NCBI GenBank assembly: GCA_963730605.1
Contig: CAVSSM010000011.1
Coordinates: forward strand, 67,928-131,927
Direction: 5' to 3'
Source of the DNA: an uncultured Chlamydiae bacterium
Lineage (GTDB): Bacteria > Chlamydiota > Chlamydiia > Chlamydiales > SM23-39
Length of the DNA: 64,000 nucleotides
Positions within the stretch are counted from its first letter, which is position 1. The number at the start of each line of letters is the position of its first letter. Both the position numbers and the translations under genes were made by a program. Shown one piece after another: positions 59,744-64,000 of the stretch. The notes under the pieces are model-generated. The model was not told the origin of the DNA. It saw nothing but the letters and a program-made list of their open reading frames with translations, and ran no database searches.

Positions 59744-59905
59744 CTCGACTTTGTACAATTTTTGGCGAGCAGATCCAGAGGAAGCGCTCTGCAATTTTTT
59801 TCTTTTTTTGCGAAATTCATAGCCGAAGGCACTATTTATGAGCAAAAAAAGGAAAAAAGGGCCAGCGATTCTCTCGGAGATGCCGTCACAAAGTACAAAG
59901 TCGAG
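59744..59905. mobile_element. 162-bp palindromic MITE-like element (complete copy)
   Basis: TIR CTCGACTTTGTAC / GTACAAAGTCGAG; T-rich and A-rich inner arms. Confidence 0.9.
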
Positions 59906-59973
59906 GATCCACTTGCCGCCCAAAATATGGAATTGCAATCCTATTCTGTTTGTGGATATCTTAAATGAAAAAA

Positions 59974-60318
59974 TGGGAAGGCGGTAAGCCGGATTCTGTC
60001 GCGAGCCATCATTCCTCTACTGCGGCCTGCTAGTGCCCTTGCCTTGCGGCAATGCGCGGAACAACGCACCCTTTTTGGGGAAGCTCGATTCGGCCTTGCT
60101 TCGGATAGGGTTTACACGCCTACGGTCTCCCGCAGAGCGACCGGCTCATGAAGCCAGACTTTTCATCCTGTCCCCTCGCTAAAAAAGTGAGGGGCGGCGT
60201 GGTTTCTGTTGCACTTTCCGTCGCCTTGCGGCGCCCAGCCGTTAACTGGTATCCTTTCCTTTGAAGTCCAGACTTTCCTCTCCATAAGATCTTACGGAGC
60301 GATGACTTGTCCTTCCCG
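59974..60318 (-). ncRNA. rnpB: RNase P RNA (class A); ends approximate
   Basis: Minus strand GAGGAAAGTCTGGAC near the 5' end and GACAGAATCCGGCTTA near the 3' end; GGGAAGG/CCTTCCC P1 pairing. Confidence 0.92.
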
Positions 60319-60337
60319 AAAATTGTTAGAACGTCTG

Positions 60338-61101
60338 CTAATGCAGCGGCGGCGCCGTTTCTTCGTTGCTGCGGCCGTCCCTTCAAGCACCTGGCTCTCC
60401 TGCCAGTAGTGGATGCGGGAGCAATGTTCGCAGAAGACGAGACGCTCTCCCTTGCGGACGAGGTTTTCATGCTGCGCAGTAAGGGCGATATGGCAGCCGC
60501 TGCAAGTGCGGTTCTCGATGGGAACGACGACGCGGTCTTTTTTATTGTTCAAGAGCCTTTGATAAATCCTGCAGGATCTCTGGATCGGCTGTTTTTGCAA
60601 GGAGGTCGCGGCCCGTTTTAAGCTCGCTTCCTTCCTGCGTTGATCATCCGGATGCTCTCTTTGATCTCATTTTCGAGATTGACGCTGCTCTCTTCAGACT
60701 GTTGGAGCGATTCCTTGATTTTTTCGAGAGATTTCTTCCTCAAGCGCCCGCTTGTCGATCATGTCGCTCGCGATCTGTTCGGTCGCGATCCTTTCGCGCT
60801 CGGAAGAAGTCATCTCATGGGTCAATGCATTGAATTCGTCGACTTTTTTGACCGTGTTTTGCTTCGCCTCGAGCTTTTTAATCTTTTCTTTAACTTCCCC
60901 GATTTTGGTTTCCTGGGCGGCGATGCTCCTGTTCAATTCGCCGATTTCCGCTTCCTTGTCCACTTGTTGAGTCCGTAGTTCCTGCCGCAGGGAATCGATA
61001 TGGGCAAGCTCGCCCATCCGCTCCTTCTTGAGGCGCATGAGACGAATCATCTTCATATCATATTCTTGAATGTCGAGAATGACCTTAAGGGCTTGATGCA
61101 T
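60338..61101 (-). CDS. Coiled-coil C4 zinc-ribbon protein (CT398/CdsZ-like), frameshifted; 3' end approximate
   Basis: ILDIQEYDMKMIRLMRLKKER, CSGCHI..FCEHCSRIHYW. Confidence 0.85.
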
Positions 61102-61200
61102 GCGAAAACCTATGGTTACCTAGGTATCCTAATGCTCCTCTGAAAATACTGCAAGGTTCAAATTTCAATTAGGAGGACTCTGGAGAAAAGATTGGGGCCT

Positions 61201-61290
61201 GGTTTTAAAGAAATATCTTACTAAGGTGCCCGAAAAGACCGAGAAGCCGCAGCCATTGCCTATGCCACCTCTTGCACGCTTGTCGCCGCC
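61201..61290 (+). pseudogene. Degenerate duplicate of the glyA 5' end
   Basis: TTAAAGAAATATCTT..AAGGTGCCCGAAAA.GACCGAGAAGCCGCAGCCATTGCCTATGCC matches about 62779-62865; ATG region missing. Confidence 0.85.
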
Positions 61291-61304
61291 CCCCTATGAT
61301 TGTC

Positions 61305-61467
61305 TATACCACGCCCGCTTAGGTTGTGTGAATTTTGACAGCGGATTTTGCGTTCTAGTAGCGTTGCGGAGATCGCCGTAAACTTTAGTATGTTAACAAG
61401 ATCGAGCAATGCGCTGGGGCGCAAAAGGCGCTGTCAAAATTCACTCAAAATGAGTGGGCGCGGTATA
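61305..61467. mobile_element. 163-bp palindromic MITE-like element
   Basis: TIR TATACCACGCCCGCT / AGTGGGCGCGGTATA; inner IR GTGAATTTTGACAGCG / CGCTGTCAAAATTCAC. Confidence 0.88.
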
Positions 61468-61596
61468 TAATCATTGCATGATCCTTGTTAGTGCACGCCA
61501 CCTCGATTCCGACTCCTCTTCTTCAGGCTGTCCGTCTTCTGGTTTTCTGGCTTTGTTGCAGTCAAACCGTAAGTGCCTCTACCTTCAGTTGCGCCT

Positions 61597-62439
61597 CTAG
61601 TATGGTGAGACCTTAGCCATCAGTGTATCGAAATCAGTCCTCAATGTCTGCACACCTCTTAAATCCGCCTTCAGCACGGTGTTTTTCAGTGTTTTCGCAT
61701 CTGTTAATTTCTGCTTCAACTCGGGCTGCCGTAGAGTCTCTTCTCCCTCGTTAAGGTGGTTCGCTTTCTCCAGCCTGATTATCGCATTCTTCAGTTCTCT
61801 CTTCAGTTTGGTTACATCCTGCAGTATTTTCTGCTGCTCCATGTAACTCTCCTCCCGCGCCTGTATATCTTTCTCTGGCTCCCAATAACTTTCATATATC
61901 TTCGTAAGAACTCGGTACGTCGCTGGTCCCTCTTCCTTGAGCTTTCTTAAGCGGGCATCTGCAAGTTTTATTGGATCAGCACCGGTGAGAACACCGCCAA
62001 AATCTAAAATGACCGCCATCTCCGTGCCGAATGACTGATACTCTCTTGGTGGTGCATACAAAACGTTAAAAGCTGCTGCGAAAGTGCGATCAATAGTTAT
62101 TGCTATATTAATTAAGCTAGCGCGTACTCCAGGAAAATTCATACCCAAAATACCCAATCTCTTATAATGCTCGGTGTTCTTCCATTCATCTCCATGAACG
62201 ATCCTGCCAATGCCCTCCCCAAGAAGCGAAACCACAAACCTGATGGGAAGCAAGGCAATTTGAAATACCATTGACAACAATAAAAATGGAATTCTTATTG
62301 CATTAGAAAGTCTTCCAATGCTATGTACCCAAGCCCCATGTTGAGTGACCTTCTTGTATGTTTCGTTACTTTCTAATTTAGCCAAGGCACAAAAAATTCG
62401 GGAAGGGGGTGAAGAAGCAACTCTGCCGGTAGAATTCAT
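61597..62439 (-). CDS. Hypothetical protein with hydrophobic N-terminal segment and coiled-coil C-terminus
   Basis: 280-aa ORF, AGAGGA RBS, AT-rich context. Confidence 0.65.
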   Translation of the reverse strand: MNSTGRVASSPPSRIFCALAKLESNETYKKVTQHGAWVHSIGRLSNAIRIPFLLLSMVFQIALLPIRFVVSLLGEGIGRIVHGDEWKNTEHYKRLGILGMNFPGVRASLINIAITIDRTFAAAFNVLYAPPREYQSFGTEMAVILDFGGVLTGADPIKLADARLRKLKEEGPATYRVLTKIYESYWEPEKDIQAREESYMEQQKILQDVTKLKRELKNAIIRLEKANHLNEGEETLRQPELKQKLTDAKTLKNTVLKADLRGVQTLRTDFDTLMAKVSPY

Positions 62440-62769
62440 TCTAATATCCTCTTTTGCTGGTTTGTTTGGTTGTTATTGTGCCGATTAAAGTTATTTATGT
62501 CAATCGGCATTAAAAAATTAATGCAATATTCTATTTAATACAAGTGTCTGATTATTAACTGGAAACGTTATTCCTGCCATTTGAATTAAAGAGATTAAAA
62601 TATTTTTATAACATCCTCAAAACACCCCTTTCACTCTCAAAGGCCAACGCTATTTCGGGATAATCCCTCCCTATCACCCCTTTCTGGGATAACGCATTCA
62701 AAATTCAATTGGCTTTTCCTAAGGGAAGGGATATGCTTTCACCTTACCTATCTAACCTCCGGGTTTTCT

Positions 62770-64000
62770 ATGACACACTTAAAGAAATATCTTGCCAAGG
62801 TGCCCGAAAAAGACCGAGAAGCCGCAGCCATTGCCTATGCCGCCTCCTTGGATGCCGTCGCCGCCGCCTCGCCGGAGATCGCAAAGAGCATTGTCCGGGA
62901 GCTCCACGACCAAAGGAGCTACCTGAAGCTCATCGCCTCGGAGAATTTTTGCTCACTTCCCGTGCAGCTTGCCATGGGCAATCTCCTGACCGATAAATAC
63001 AGCGAAGGGTATGTCGGCCACCGCTTCTATGCCGGCTGCGGGAATGTCGACGACATCGAGGGACGCGCCGTAGAGATGGCAAAGAAGATCTTCAACGCGG
63101 ACCACGCTTATGTGCAACCCCATTCCGGGGCTGACGCCAACCTCGTTGCATTTTGGTCGATTCTGATCCAACGGATTCAATCTAAGGAGATTGAGCGGCT
63201 TGGCAAGAAGAATGTTGATGAGCTAACCCCTGTCGAATACGAAGCGATGAGGAAACTGCTCGTGGGGCAAAAAGTCATGGGGATGGCCCTGGGGTCCGGG
63301 GGGCATTTGACGCATGGCTACCGGCATAACATCTCTTCAAAGATGATGCAATCGGTCAGCTACGAGGTCGATGAAAAGACAGGTCTTATCGATTATACCG
63401 CGCTGCAGGCTCAAGCCAAGGCGGAAAAGCCGCTGATCCTGATTGCGGGCTATTCGGCCTATCCGCGGCTCATCGATTTTGCAAAGATGCGGGAGATCGC
63501 CGATAGCGTCGGGGCCACTTTCATGGTCGATATGGCCCATTTTGCCGGTTTGGTCGCCGGGAAAGTGTTAGAGGGGGTATATGATCCGGTCCCTTATGCT
63601 CATATAGTTACGACAACGACTCATAAGACGCTCCGGGGCCCTCGCGGAGGGCTTATCCTCTGCAAGTCCGAATTCAAGGAAGCCATCGACAAAGGGTGCC
63701 CTCTTGTGCAGGGGGGCCGCATTGCCTCACGTCATGGCCGCAAAAGCGATCGCATTCGAAGAAGCGGCCGCTCCTGCTTTCAAAAAATATTCCCGTCAGA
63801 TCGTCGAAAACGCGAAAGCTATGGCGGAGACCTTCCGCAAAGCGGGAACGAGGGTGTTAACGGGAGGCACCGATAACCATCTTCTTCTCTTGGACGTTTC
63901 ATCCACCTTCAAGCTTACGGGGCGGCAGGCGGAGCTCCTCTTAAGGGAGGCCCATCTAACCGTCAACCGGAACGCCATACCTCGGGACGTTAACGGGCCT
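62770..64000 (+). CDS. glyA: Serine hydroxymethyltransferase (frameshift near 63715; runs off the window)
   Basis: LKLIASEN, YSEGY, QPHSGADAN, TTTHKTLRGPRGG, GGTDNHL. Confidence 0.96.

Noticed and set aside
60120..60330. ORFs overlapping this interval
   Set aside because: The interval is part of the RNase P RNA gene

Overview
Chromosomal segment of an environmental chlamydia (phylum Chlamydiota). This is inferred from chlamydia-type gene blocks: pbp2/tRNA-Gly/rpsB-tsf-pyrH-frr/tRNA-Glu/tRNA-Lys, dnaJ-rpsU-tsaB-lon...rnz...ABC-F-xerC, cdsZ next to rnpB, and a MOMP-like porin. It also carries a tyrA-pheA-aminotransferase operon, ruvCA, LPS/EPS genes (waaF, GT9, wza, wzc-like, UDP-GlcA epimerase and decarboxylase), metNIQ, two APC permeases and glyA. 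A ~6.3 kb decayed phage-satellite-like island is integrated at tRNA-Lys (45-bp att repeat, integrase remnant, P4/D5 primase-helicase, TA pair, small terminase, putative lysozyme-like/DUF4431 pair). The most striking signal is a dense population of at least 13 non-autonomous palindromic elements (87-368 bp, MITE/RPE-like) plus shorter REP-like hairpins, built partly from shared modules. Several sit in frame inside genes: one fuses tyrA to pheA, one adds 62 aa inside the MetQ signal peptide, one adds 73 aa to the Wzc-like protein, two REP-like units sit in a methyltransferase, and others supply gene termini. Clustered frameshifts in essential genes (about 5-6.3 kb, 44.8-49.5 kb, 60.3-60.7 kb, 63.7 kb) most likely are sequencing or assembly errors. 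All protein family calls come from motif recognition by eye, not from database searches.
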